Shown here in pieces: positions 17,872-26,906 of a stretch of DNA of 64,000 nucleotides. Made by a program: the position numbers and the translations under genes. Numbering within the stretch: the first letter of the stretch is position 1; every line of letters begins with the position of its first letter. Origin of the DNA: a virus; the IMG/VR virus record IMGVR_UViG_3300006749_000012, positions 15,957-79,956 of that record; one strand, given 5' to 3'. The notes below the pieces were generated by a model. That model saw only the letters and a list, made by a program, of their open reading frames with translations, was not told where the DNA came from and made no database searches.

Positions 17872-18179
17872 TGGCAGTAACAATAGACCCAAGACCGAGT
17901 TATTTCGGTGACAGAATGATAGTAACAGGTAGTTATGAAGCAACTGATGTTTTTATAGACTTAACTAGTTTACTTGTAAGCATAGACATGGCTGTAGTCA
18001 ATGCAGAGATAGGAGCGCAGCAAACAGTTAGAAACGCCGCAGATGACGGCATAACAAGGATTACTTTCTTCGATTATGCAATTGTTGACCCGACTCAACC
18101 ACGAATAGTCGTTTCTAACGGTCAAGAGTCAGGTGAGACAACAGGTGGCACTTTCTTCGCAATTGGTCGCCGCTCTTGA
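17871..18179 (+). CDS. Small putative structural protein
   Basis: 102 aa, beta-rich, translationally coupled (TAATG). Confidence 0.55.
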   Translation: MAVTIDPRPSYFGDRMIVTGSYEATDVFIDLTSLLVSIDMAVVNAEIGAQQTVRNAADDGITRITFFDYAIVDPTQPRIVVSNGQESGETTGGTFFAIGRRS

Positions 18180-18190
18180 GGTGACTAAGC

Positions 18191-18397
18191 ATGGGAAGTG
18201 CAAGTCTAGGTGGCTTGAAATCCAAGGTGGTAGGTCCACTATCGCCTGCTGATTTTTCAGGTGCAACTGCAATACAAACTGCACTAGATGCAGGCTTTGA
18301 TGCAGTGACTGACGCTAATACGGCAGATACTATTGTTGGTATTGAAATGCTTAATATCTTAGGAAACGCTTATTTGGTAATCATATACAAAGCGTAG
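18191..18397 (+). CDS. Small hypothetical protein
   Basis: 68 aa, GAGGTGA RBS. Confidence 0.6.
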   Translation: MGSASLGGLKSKVVGPLSPADFSGATAIQTALDAGFDAVTDANTADTIVGIEMLNILGNAYLVIIYKA

Positions 18398-18402
18398 ACG
18401 GG

Positions 18403-18690
18403 ATGAGTATGGATACCTTCGGCAGTCTCGGATTGGACGATATAGAACGGTTGCAGAAAAGAGGCATACGCTTACATGAGTCGTATAATGCACCTGTTGC
18501 AGAAGATGAAGAAAACCCTTTGAAAGGCGTTACGCTAAAGCAGCGTAATCGTAATAAGAATGCTGGTGATGTTCTCAACATAGGCTCAGGCACGAGGTGC
18601 AAGCATTGCGGAATGCTTTACTTTTGTTGGGTCGATAAATGTAGGACTTGTAACCAAAAGATGGATTTTAATCTAGGAAGCAAGGAATGA
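18403..18690 (+). CDS. Zinc-ribbon protein
   Basis: CKHC...CRTC near the C-terminus. Confidence 0.7.
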   Translation: MSMDTFGSLGLDDIERLQKRGIRLHESYNAPVAEDEENPLKGVTLKQRNRNKNAGDVLNIGSGTRCKHCGMLYFCWVDKCRTCNQKMDFNLGSKE

Positions 18691-18702
18691 GGAGGATGAG
18701 TC

Positions 18703-20415
18703 ATGCCAGCAGTATTTTCACCCGGCGAGGCTGAAACTAGACCTCTTGACCCGGAAGAAATAGTATACACGACAGGAGATAAAGTTGCAGAACTGTTGGG
18801 GATTGCTGCTGGTGAGCCTGTGTTGGCCGCTGCTAATTCTTCAACTAGTGGCTTTTTCATCACTGGAACAGATTTGAGAGAGCACGGTTTTGAAAGCGGG
18901 GATTCTATATTCGTATTCAGTGACCTATATCCTCTTGGTGAAACCTTTACGATAGGCACTCCGGTAGTAGAAGATGTAAGTGGAACTAAGTATGTCAAAT
19001 TACCAGTTACTCTTGACTCAGGAGCAGCAGGCACTAATGATGCGTTCGCTAGTTACACTACTGCTGCTAACACCGAAATCCAAAACAAAACTATCTTCAC
19101 TAATGGCAAAAAGCGAGGAGTAACCAAAGATATTGTCAACAAACATATTCGTAGAATACAAGACAGAATCGACAACTACACTCATAACGCTTGGCGACCT
19201 TATCTCGTTAGTGCGGAATACATCAACTTCGATACATACAAGCCATACAGGAGAAGATACTATACTGATTACGTGGGCACTACTCCTTTGTTATTTAGAA
19301 ACATCCAGCAAATACTGAGGTTAGAGATATGGCAAGGAGACAGTTATCGTGAATTAGCCGGAGCGGAGGCTAGAGTAGAAATTTTAGATGCCAAAGGATT
19401 AGCAGGCGGTGCTCTTTTTCTTTCTCCGGGCGCTAAAGGATGGGCTAAAGCGGCAGAAGGAAGCGGCTCCCAACAATGGGAGTCAGACTTTAACGAAGTT
19501 GCTACTGCTCAAAACATTGCAGATTTGATTAACAAAGAAGATAGGGTAGGGAGAGGCACGATTACATTTACTCAGAATACAGATAGTCCTAGTGGGACTA
19601 CTTACACTCAGCCCGGAGCATCAGGTGATGTCAGTGTATTTGTGCACAATGAGTTTTTAGCCACCGCTAATTCAGATTACGGTAATGGTAAAATCAAAAT
19701 TACTAGCATGCAACAGACACAAGGTGGGCAGAGTGCTACTATTGCTAGTAACAACATTAAGATAATGCCCATAACTAATACAGAATCAGTGACCAAAAGT
19801 GGAACATTAGATTTGACTGGCGGAGATGGAAATTACTCTATCACGTTTGCAGATTCCTCTGATTTTGCAGACTATGGTATAGTTATGGTGCCTAATAATT
19901 CAGGAGACGAATTAGGGATTATAGGCTATACTGCTAATACCGGAACTGTTTTGCAAAATGGTCGCAGGCTGCATGGTAGTTTACCCGGTTCAGTTACTAA
20001 GGACATAACTCAGCACAAATTTAAATTAGATTTGAGAGGGACAGATACAACCACAGTAGTGGATGCAGTTAGTGGAGAAACCACAGAAGAAGGTGTATCC
20101 ACTGGTGACCAAGCAAGGCTTAGAGACTGGTGGCTTGACCATGAAATGGGAATAATTTATTTCAATAACTCTTATCCTTTCTTTGAGTATAACGCTGTCA
20201 AGGTCTCTTATATCTATGGAGAGCGCTATCTTGAAAAGGCCATAGAGGAAGCAGCCACTAAACTAGTAGCAAGTGAATTGTTAATGTCGGATGACCGTAG
20301 TGTATTGATACCCGAAGGGACGCAGAACATTGACCTCGGCTCTAAGGCACAACTGTTCCGTAGAGAAGCCATGGACATCCTTGCTCGTTACAAAGAAGTG
20401 GTGGTGTTTTCTTAA
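18703..20415 (+). CDS. Head-tail adaptor (gp6/gp15-like) with large inserted domains
   Basis: Adaptor-like segments IRRIQDRIDNYT and LDHEMGIIYF...VKVSYIYG...IEEAATKLVASELL...DILARYK, separated by beta-rich inserts; 570 aa. Confidence 0.7.
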   Translation: MPAVFSPGEAETRPLDPEEIVYTTGDKVAELLGIAAGEPVLAAANSSTSGFFITGTDLREHGFESGDSIFVFSDLYPLGETFTIGTPVVEDVSGTKYVKLPVTLDSGAAGTNDAFASYTTAANTEIQNKTIFTNGKKRGVTKDIVNKHIRRIQDRIDNYTHNAWRPYLVSAEYINFDTYKPYRRRYYTDYVGTTPLLFRNIQQILRLEIWQGDSYRELAGAEARVEILDAKGLAGGALFLSPGAKGWAKAAEGSGSQQWESDFNEVATAQNIADLINKEDRVGRGTITFTQNTDSPSGTTYTQPGASGDVSVFVHNEFLATANSDYGNGKIKITSMQQTQGGQSATIASNNIKIMPITNTESVTKSGTLDLTGGDGNYSITFADSSDFADYGIVMVPNNSGDELGIIGYTANTGTVLQNGRRLHGSLPGSVTKDITQHKFKLDLRGTDTTTVVDAVSGETTEEGVSTGDQARLRDWWLDHEMGIIYFNNSYPFFEYNAVKVSYIYGERYLEKAIEEAATKLVASELLMSDDRSVLIPEGTQNIDLGSKAQLFRREAMDILARYKEVVVFS

Positions 20416-20888
20416 TGGTGGCAACCTACAAAGAACCGCTCAATACTGTCATCGATTTGCTTACTGCTAACTTTGACAACTCTACTAATACGGGTTGGAA
20501 CAGAGCCAACACAGAGAACATTAAGCCAATAATCCTTGATATTGCCAGTGATGGGCCGGAAAGGGGTAAGCGTTTAGATTTACAACGTCACGATTACATA
20601 CTGTGTTATGAGACAGCATTAAATGAAGAAGTGCCGGACTTACTATACAATTTTGTAACTACTAGAGTAAACATCACAGTGGACATGAGGACTATGAGAG
20701 GGCGCACTCGTTTGCGTAAAATGGAAGATGAGATGCGTCGTATAATCCATGTGTCGAGAAAGGGAGATGGTGTGAACTTTGACCGTATGATTGTGAAGAC
20801 TAGAACTGACTTGAGTGATAGGACAAAGAAACTTTTCCGTCATACTTTCCAAGTTGAAGTGGTAATACTAGCGGAGGCGATACCATGA
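20415..20888 (+). CDS. Putative tail terminator/completion protein
   Basis: 157 aa between adaptor and tube; pattern VNITVDMRT...helix...FRHTFQVEVV. Confidence 0.6.
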   Translation: MVATYKEPLNTVIDLLTANFDNSTNTGWNRANTENIKPIILDIASDGPERGKRLDLQRHDYILCYETALNEEVPDLLYNFVTTRVNITVDMRTMRGRTRLRKMEDEMRRIIHVSRKGDGVNFDRMIVKTRTDLSDRTKKLFRHTFQVEVVILAEAIP

Positions 20889-22969
20889 GTTTTGGCGCTC
20901 ATTACAAGGGTGACGTATCCGAAGTCACCATGGGTCATGAGACTGGCTTGTTAATTGAGCATGACCAACCAAGGACTTTTACTGCGGTATCTGCTACTGA
21001 CCACACTAAAATAGAGTTCAGAGGCGTTACCAACGTAGGCAATACGAGTATATTTGAAGCCGCTAAGCCGATACTAAAAGTTCCACTAGGTATGCTGATA
21101 GGTCAAAAGATGACCTTTCATTCTACTGCGACAGGAACTAATGCATTTTCTAGTTATTATAACGACTCATTCAAAAGTAGAGTCTACACCATTGTAGACC
21201 ACACATTAGAAAACAACACAGATGGCTCACCTACGGCTGCTACAATAATAAAGATAGTTCCTGCGTTGAGGTTTCCAGCAGGCACTACTTCGATAAGTAG
21301 TGGCACAGGTGATGCTATATTCTTACATTCGCTAGGTCTACCCACTGTTCAAGGAGATAATAATTTTGCAATGAATACTGCGGCATCTTCATCCAAAGAA
21401 ACTAGCATGATTGACCAATTCATAGGACTTGCCAGTTTCATGACATTACCTGACACTACCGTAGATTTGCACAGTTATCATGTTGTAGGATTAGGTAGGC
21501 AAGTGGCTGTTCAGCAAACTGGTAAAGTCCATCACATGGGAGGCTCTTTGGAATTACCATTACACAGTCCTAAGTGGTTATTTTACAGTCTAGGCAGAGA
21601 GGTGGTAAGTAAAGATAAGTGTGGTGCGTTAGCGCATTCTTCTAGCCCAGTGCCTACTATATTCGCTAATGTTGCACCCGGCCAAGGGTTTATCGACGTA
21701 ACTAGCAGTCAAAGCGCTAGCGTTAGATTTGGTTCAGGAACTGATGCGGCAGTAGGTGATTACTTACTTATCAAAGATACTACACTTGTTCCTACAACTA
21801 CATACAAAACTCCACAAAAAAGCACCGATAAATATTGGCCTCCTGAATCTTCAGGTTCTAATTTAGGCAGTGACAGCCATCACTTTGAGTGGTCAGAAAG
21901 CAGTGAGTGCAGGCGAATAAGTGCAATCGAAGGATTAGGAAGTAGTCGATTTCGATTGTATGTAGATGGCCCTTGGCAGTTCCAACATACAACCGGTGAC
22001 ACTCTTGAATTGAGACAATACCACGACTCTAATACCAACGGTAGCCCTAACGTCAATACTACACGCACAATCACTAACCCGATACATAGGTTGCTTTTCT
22101 CTGCTGAAACTATACCTAGTTTCTCCATAGAGCACAGTATAAGAAATCGAGACTTGGGCTCATTCAATGCAACTAGTGAATCTACGGTAGCACCCGGCAA
22201 TTCAGGCGACAGTAAACAACTTACTCGTATCTTCAAAGGTTGTAAAGTAGTTGAGTGGGAATTGTCATCGACAGTAGATGCTGAATTGAAATACAGATGT
22301 GTGTTTGATGCACTTGCTTGTTATACAGACACTGGCAGATTGGAGTCTAGTAGCAAAGGAGACAGATACACTGCACATCGTATGTTCCAAAACACTGCTG
22401 ATACTTTGAAGGGTAGAAAGGCTAGTGGGATAGCGGATAAATCAGAAAAGCCTTTTATGTTTTACAACGGAACTATACAGGCGTTTGACCAAAATCTAGC
22501 ATTCGTCACGGCGTTTGAATTAAGAGGTAAGACTGGTGTAGAGTTATTCCATACCATACAAAGCAATCCTGTCGCAGAGTCAGTTGATTCATCGACTAAT
22601 CTCAGCCTAAAACAAATACCTTACGGGGGAACTCGCAATGCTAGTATAGTCAGAGAAGGTAGGGAAGATTTTGAAATGGAAATAACATTGGCCTTAGAGG
22701 ACCAAACTCTATTCCACGAATTAAGAACTCACATACAAAGAAGCGGCACTGTCAATGCACAAGGTGGTGTCATCATGTTACACTTTACCAAGCCAGTAAC
22801 TACTGGAGATTCCGGCACCACTCCTAGTCTGAGGGTAATGGTTGATGATTATTTCATAACCGAGTTACCCATACCTATGCCTGATGACAAAGGTCTGCTG
22901 TTTACTACCATGAAGATAAAGCCTCAAAACATTAAAGTGATAAGTGAGGATACGGAGTATCATTGTTAG
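20885..22969 (+). CDS. Putative tail tube (major tail) protein with accessory insertions
   Basis: Position before the chaperones; tube-like strands (GGSLELP, PSFSIEH, FKGCKVVEWELS, EGREDFEMEIT); 694 aa implies inserted domains. Confidence 0.65.
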   Translation: MSFGAHYKGDVSEVTMGHETGLLIEHDQPRTFTAVSATDHTKIEFRGVTNVGNTSIFEAAKPILKVPLGMLIGQKMTFHSTATGTNAFSSYYNDSFKSRVYTIVDHTLENNTDGSPTAATIIKIVPALRFPAGTTSISSGTGDAIFLHSLGLPTVQGDNNFAMNTAASSSKETSMIDQFIGLASFMTLPDTTVDLHSYHVVGLGRQVAVQQTGKVHHMGGSLELPLHSPKWLFYSLGREVVSKDKCGALAHSSSPVPTIFANVAPGQGFIDVTSSQSASVRFGSGTDAAVGDYLLIKDTTLVPTTTYKTPQKSTDKYWPPESSGSNLGSDSHHFEWSESSECRRISAIEGLGSSRFRLYVDGPWQFQHTTGDTLELRQYHDSNTNGSPNVNTTRTITNPIHRLLFSAETIPSFSIEHSIRNRDLGSFNATSESTVAPGNSGDSKQLTRIFKGCKVVEWELSSTVDAELKYRCVFDALACYTDTGRLESSSKGDRYTAHRMFQNTADTLKGRKASGIADKSEKPFMFYNGTIQAFDQNLAFVTAFELRGKTGVELFHTIQSNPVAESVDSSTNLSLKQIPYGGTRNASIVREGREDFEMEITLALEDQTLFHELRTHIQRSGTVNAQGGVIMLHFTKPVTTGDSGTTPSLRVMVDDYFITELPIPMPDDKGLLFTTMKIKPQNIKVISEDTEYHC

Positions 22970-22979
22970 GGGGAGTTTT

Positions 22980-23198
22980 ATGCCAATGAGAACATGGATT
23001 TCTTTAACCCCTGATTGCTATTATGCTATTCCTATCAATGACGAAGAAGAAGAAGGAGGAGAATACCTCTTTGACCCGGAAGCAGGGAGAGCCAGCGATG
23101 ACCCGTTCGCTCACCTGAAAGCGGAGGAGTCCCCCGATAATTCGGCGGATTCCGGTAAGGAAGTGAGTAAGTATGTCGGAGGAACAGAAGAAGAATAA
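22980..23198 (+). CDS. Small acidic hypothetical protein
   Basis: ATG 22980 after GGGGAG; Glu/Asp-rich; the ORF track begins at 22944. Confidence 0.5.
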   Translation: MPMRTWISLTPDCYYAIPINDEEEEGGEYLFDPEAGRASDDPFAHLKAEESPDNSADSGKEVSKYVGGTEEE

Positions 23199-23538
23199 AA
23201 TAGAAATAAATGGCCTACCTTTTGAAATTACAGCGAAACGCTTGACATTCTTTGATATTCAAGCAGTAGCGCCGTTACTTATGGATGGGACTATGGACTT
23301 TTCTCGATACTGGCGACATGCTTTCAATAACTGGCTAATCTATGACGATTACTTCGACATGGAAAGTTTGACTCCCGAAGAAGGTAACGCATTGGCTGCT
23401 TTACTCCCTGACCCTAGCACAGTGATGGAGTGGTTGGTTTTTCGGGAAGCGAAGTCGGTAACATCAAACAGTTCATTCACGGACGATTCGTCAATGACAG
23501 GCTTCGCTACCAAAGGGAAGGAACAGAATATCTCTTGA
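23173..23538 (+). CDS. Tail assembly chaperone (gpG-like)
   Basis: Position after the tube gene; contains slippery G GTT TTT at 23436-23442 leading into an overlapping -1 frame ORF. Confidence 0.7.
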   Translation: MSEEQKKNKIEINGLPFEITAKRLTFFDIQAVAPLLMDGTMDFSRYWRHAFNNWLIYDDYFDMESLTPEEGNALAALLPDPSTVMEWLVFREAKSVTSNSSFTDDSSMTGFATKGKEQNIS

Positions 23539-23702
23539 TGACACACTATAATATGGGGCTGAAAGAAGTGAGGGGACTAAGTGTGGACGATGCTAAGCAA
23601 TTGATGCACTGGGCACAGGCGATGCATGGTGAAGAAAAATTACCTGATAACGCAGTTTATTTGGGCTATGACGTAGTGCCACCAGTGGAGGAAATAGCAT
23701 GA
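23430..23702 (+). CDS. Tail assembly chaperone extension (gpT-like, probably expressed by frameshift)
   Basis: Overlaps the previous ORF by ~110 nt in the -1 frame; THYNMGLKEVRGLSVDDAKQLMHW resembles GT C-termini. Confidence 0.7.
   Translation: MVGFSGSEVGNIKQFIHGRFVNDRLRYQREGTEYLLMTHYNMGLKEVRGLSVDDAKQLMHWAQAMHGEEKLPDNAVYLGYDVVPPVEEIA
23436..23442 (+). promoter_or_regulatory. Putative -1 ribosomal frameshift slippery site (G GTT TTT)
   Basis: Frame 0 reads V-F-R; the -1 frame continues F-S-G-S-E-V... to the stop at 23702. Confidence 0.7.
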
Positions 23703-23893
23703 CTGTCGTAAGGTGTCTACTTTGTAATAGTGAAGAATTAGAAAACGATACTGTAATTATGCAAGGTAAATGGAGCAGGTTGGTTAATTATGCAAACAAA
23801 AGATATAGTGCTATCAGTTGTAAAAATTGCGGATACACTATGTTATTCAAAGAAGGTGCTAAATTTAGTATACTTGAGGCTATGGTAGGGTGA
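23699..23893 (+). CDS. Zinc-ribbon protein (resembles COG3478/DUF2082 type)
   Basis: CLLC...SCKNCGYTMLF; ATGA overlap with the upstream stop. Confidence 0.7.
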   Translation: MTVVRCLLCNSEELENDTVIMQGKWSRLVNYANKRYSAISCKNCGYTMLFKEGAKFSILEAMVG

Positions 23894-23897
23894 ACAT

Positions 23898-24377
23898 ATG
23901 GTAGAAGGAGATATTGACCCACGTTCCGTCGAGGCTATGGATAAGTTCAAAGATTACAGTAAGGCTGCTAAAGAGAATATGGAAGCACTACAACAGCAAA
24001 TGGACAAATTCACCAACTCAATGGCAATGACTAAAACTCACACTAAAGACTTGACTGCTTCTTTGAGAGACTTGAGTAATTCGGAGCCCTTTCATCATAT
24101 AGAAGAATCCATCAAAGAAGTGCAGAGTGGTTTAGAGCAGACTATGAATCGCACTCAGTCACCAGCCGGTGGCCCTGCTCGTGAAACTATGACGGCTGGC
24201 GCACAAGCGCCTAGTGTTCCTGATGTTACAGTCAATTTGCGTATAGATGTTAGTGGAGTAACTGACAAGACAGATAAAAGAAATCTAGCAAAAGAGATAG
24301 GAAATATGGTCACTAAAGAATTGAGGACTAAGATGGGCGGCTCGCTTACTCAGAGTGGGTTCAATAGGAGTGGTTAG
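23898..24377 (+). CDS. Miniature tape-measure-like protein
   Basis: Occupies the tape-measure slot; helical N-terminal half; C-terminal VTVNLRIDVSG...RNLAKEIGNMVTKEL resembles TMP C-termini; only 159 aa. Confidence 0.6.
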   Translation: MVEGDIDPRSVEAMDKFKDYSKAAKENMEALQQQMDKFTNSMAMTKTHTKDLTASLRDLSNSEPFHHIEESIKEVQSGLEQTMNRTQSPAGGPARETMTAGAQAPSVPDVTVNLRIDVSGVTDKTDKRNLAKEIGNMVTKELRTKMGGSLTQSGFNRSG

Positions 24378-26897
24378 ATGGCAGACGAAGGAGAAAGAAT
24401 GCCGGTTAGACTTGTTCAAGAGAACGGTGATACCATCTCACTTGATGCAACTAGTATCGATATAGTTGTAGAAAGACAACAGTCCAACTTCGGCATACCT
24501 TTCTTTGATGCTAGAAAAATGGCAATAGACCTTAATCAAACCCAAGTGGCAGTAGAGATAAATGGTATACTAGCAGACGAGGTAGGTCAAGAAGTAACCG
24601 CTCAAGCGACCGCTACGGTAGACCTCTATCAACCTCAACAACTTGTGAATTGGGGGCAACCAATTAACAGCGGTGGCGGAGTCAATACCGTTGCTGTATC
24701 TTCGTCTTTCAACAGCGGGTCTACTTCTACTGGTATAGGTAACACTGGCTCTTTTGGTTCTTCTTCTTCAGGATTTGGCGGCTCATTGGGCACGCCTCCG
24801 ACTGATTTCAAAGATTTAGGAAATAACATTTTACAATATTGGAATAAGCGCTACATAGATTTCCCTGTTGCTTTTTGGGTAGAAGAATCGGGCGCTTTAG
24901 GTGTCCCCGTTACAAATGGTTTACAATTGAACTTGAAGTCGGATTCGCTTGCTAGCACTTTATCTCATAATGATTTAATAAACAACTGGACAGACAGTAG
25001 TGGAAACGGTAGAAACGCTACTCAATCTAGCACAATTGCACAGCCTAGATACAAAAAGGCCTCAGAGTTTGATTCTTATATCCAGTTCGATGGAGTCAAT
25101 GACTTCTTGACTATATCTAATGAGCCTTTTCTTAACTCAGAAGAATTTACTTTGATAGTCGCTTGTAAAAATAGTCATTTCAATGGAGTTCGACCAATAA
25201 TAACATCTAGTGATGCTTCTAACAGCGGCTATGCTTTGGTGATAGATAGAGGTAATACTAAGGGTCAGTTCAAGTGGGAAGGGACTTCTTCAAATACATT
25301 AGACACCAGCGGAATATCTGTTAGACACGAGCCGCACATATTTTCTGTTGTTATGAAAGACAGTGATTCTGATGCACAGTCTGATACAGTTACTTTGTTT
25401 ATAGATGGAATTTCTACTCAAACTACTTCTACTGATTTTACACCTGAAGATAGTTCTGCATTTAACATAGGCAAAGACGCTAGTAACTTTTTCCGAGGTG
25501 CTTTGTATGAAATATTATTTTACAATAGGGCTTTGACGGACAATGAACTTCAAAGTGTAGAGGGCTATCTTTCTCGTAAACATGACATCAAAATTAGAGA
25601 AGAAGGGCATGATTATTATGAAAATAGTTCTTACAACTTTGATACCAAGCACATCAGAGTGGCTTTTGATAGTAAAATGGTGAGCAGTCAGCAAGAGCCT
25701 TACGGGTTCTTGAATCAAAAAAGAGTCATTAATGGTATGACTATTTCTTCACTGAGCACTGATAAAAAGACTATAACTGTAACAGGTGGCAATCCTCAAC
25801 AGTTTTTTGAGGTTGATGAAACCGAAAGACCTTACTTAATATCATTTCAAAGCAGCACAGGTGTTTGGCGCAAGAGCGGCGGTAGAATATACAAAGGGCA
25901 GGTTACAGCGGTAACCTCAAATACAATTTCTGTGGAATTTGTTGACCTTTATGGTAATTCTGCTGTCCATAGCGCTGGTGATAAGATATACATAATGCCC
26001 ATAGATTATGGTATAAGTCGCTTACATAGCACAGAACTGACACCCGTTATAATTCTACCAATAAAAAACGCTGATACTTTTGATGAGCAAGCCCTTCCTG
26101 AGAAAGCGGTGGGTCCTGAATTTCCCAATCACCAAGATACCAGCGGTAGAGATAGTGGTAATAATCTAACTAGAACTGATGAATATATTACCTATTTATT
26201 ATCAAAGGCGTTGACTGCCAGTTACATAGATTTGAATCGCCCGGTTGATTCAAGTGGTAACACGACGCTAAACAAAGTATTCTCGACTTCTATATCCAAT
26301 TCTTTTAGTGAGCACGCTAGTAGACTAACTATAACTCAGTTACATGCTACTTCTCTTGGTAGTTTATCTGATACTATAAACAGTGATTTAGGGTCAGGTC
26401 AATTACCTGTCATACAAGGTTTCTCAGGCGGAAGAAGCGGAAAGCGAGTCAAGAGTGGAGGAGATAAAGCACAAGACCTCATAGGTATACTTTCTAACAG
26501 TAACAACTATGCTACCAATCCTGATATGAATTTCGTAACAGACGCTTTACAAATAGGGCTCGATTTCTTATCTAATCAAATAGGTGCCGCTGACATGGGT
26601 GGTGATTTCATAAGAGGTATACAGATACCTTACAATTCATTCAATACTAAAGGTAAAAATGTATTAGACGCTGAAGTAGCCCAGCGCAATTTTTTCTTAA
26701 CAACAGAAGGTAGCACTTCAGACAAACTATCTAGTGCTAATACAGTTCATGCTTCAAGGTCTTTTGTGCATTCAGCCGAAGGTCATTTTAAAAATGGAAT
26801 AAGCGGACTGGTCACTGATTTGAGTTTGCAGCGAGACGCTGAAATGAAAGCCTACGATTTCAGTTTGAAATTCATAGCAGCGGATATAATTTTGTAA
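24378..26897 (+). CDS. Distal-tail/tube-initiator-like protein with inserted LamG (concanavalin-like) domain; paralog 1
   Basis: LamG-like stretch at ~24918-25590 (WTDSSGNG, FDGVNDFL, FRGALYEILFYNRAL); N- and C-terminal core shared with the next gene. Confidence 0.6.
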   Translation: MADEGERMPVRLVQENGDTISLDATSIDIVVERQQSNFGIPFFDARKMAIDLNQTQVAVEINGILADEVGQEVTAQATATVDLYQPQQLVNWGQPINSGGGVNTVAVSSSFNSGSTSTGIGNTGSFGSSSSGFGGSLGTPPTDFKDLGNNILQYWNKRYIDFPVAFWVEESGALGVPVTNGLQLNLKSDSLASTLSHNDLINNWTDSSGNGRNATQSSTIAQPRYKKASEFDSYIQFDGVNDFLTISNEPFLNSEEFTLIVACKNSHFNGVRPIITSSDASNSGYALVIDRGNTKGQFKWEGTSSNTLDTSGISVRHEPHIFSVVMKDSDSDAQSDTVTLFIDGISTQTTSTDFTPEDSSAFNIGKDASNFFRGALYEILFYNRALTDNELQSVEGYLSRKHDIKIREEGHDYYENSSYNFDTKHIRVAFDSKMVSSQQEPYGFLNQKRVINGMTISSLSTDKKTITVTGGNPQQFFEVDETERPYLISFQSSTGVWRKSGGRIYKGQVTAVTSNTISVEFVDLYGNSAVHSAGDKIYIMPIDYGISRLHSTELTPVIILPIKNADTFDEQALPEKAVGPEFPNHQDTSGRDSGNNLTRTDEYITYLLSKALTASYIDLNRPVDSSGNTTLNKVFSTSISNSFSEHASRLTITQLHATSLGSLSDTINSDLGSGQLPVIQGFSGGRSGKRVKSGGDKAQDLIGILSNSNNYATNPDMNFVTDALQIGLDFLSNQIGAADMGGDFIRGIQIPYNSFNTKGKNVLDAEVAQRNFFLTTEGSTSDKLSSANTVHASRSFVHSAEGHFKNGISGLVTDLSLQRDAEMKAYDFSLKFIAADIIL

Positions 26898-26906
26898 GGT
26901 GATGAA

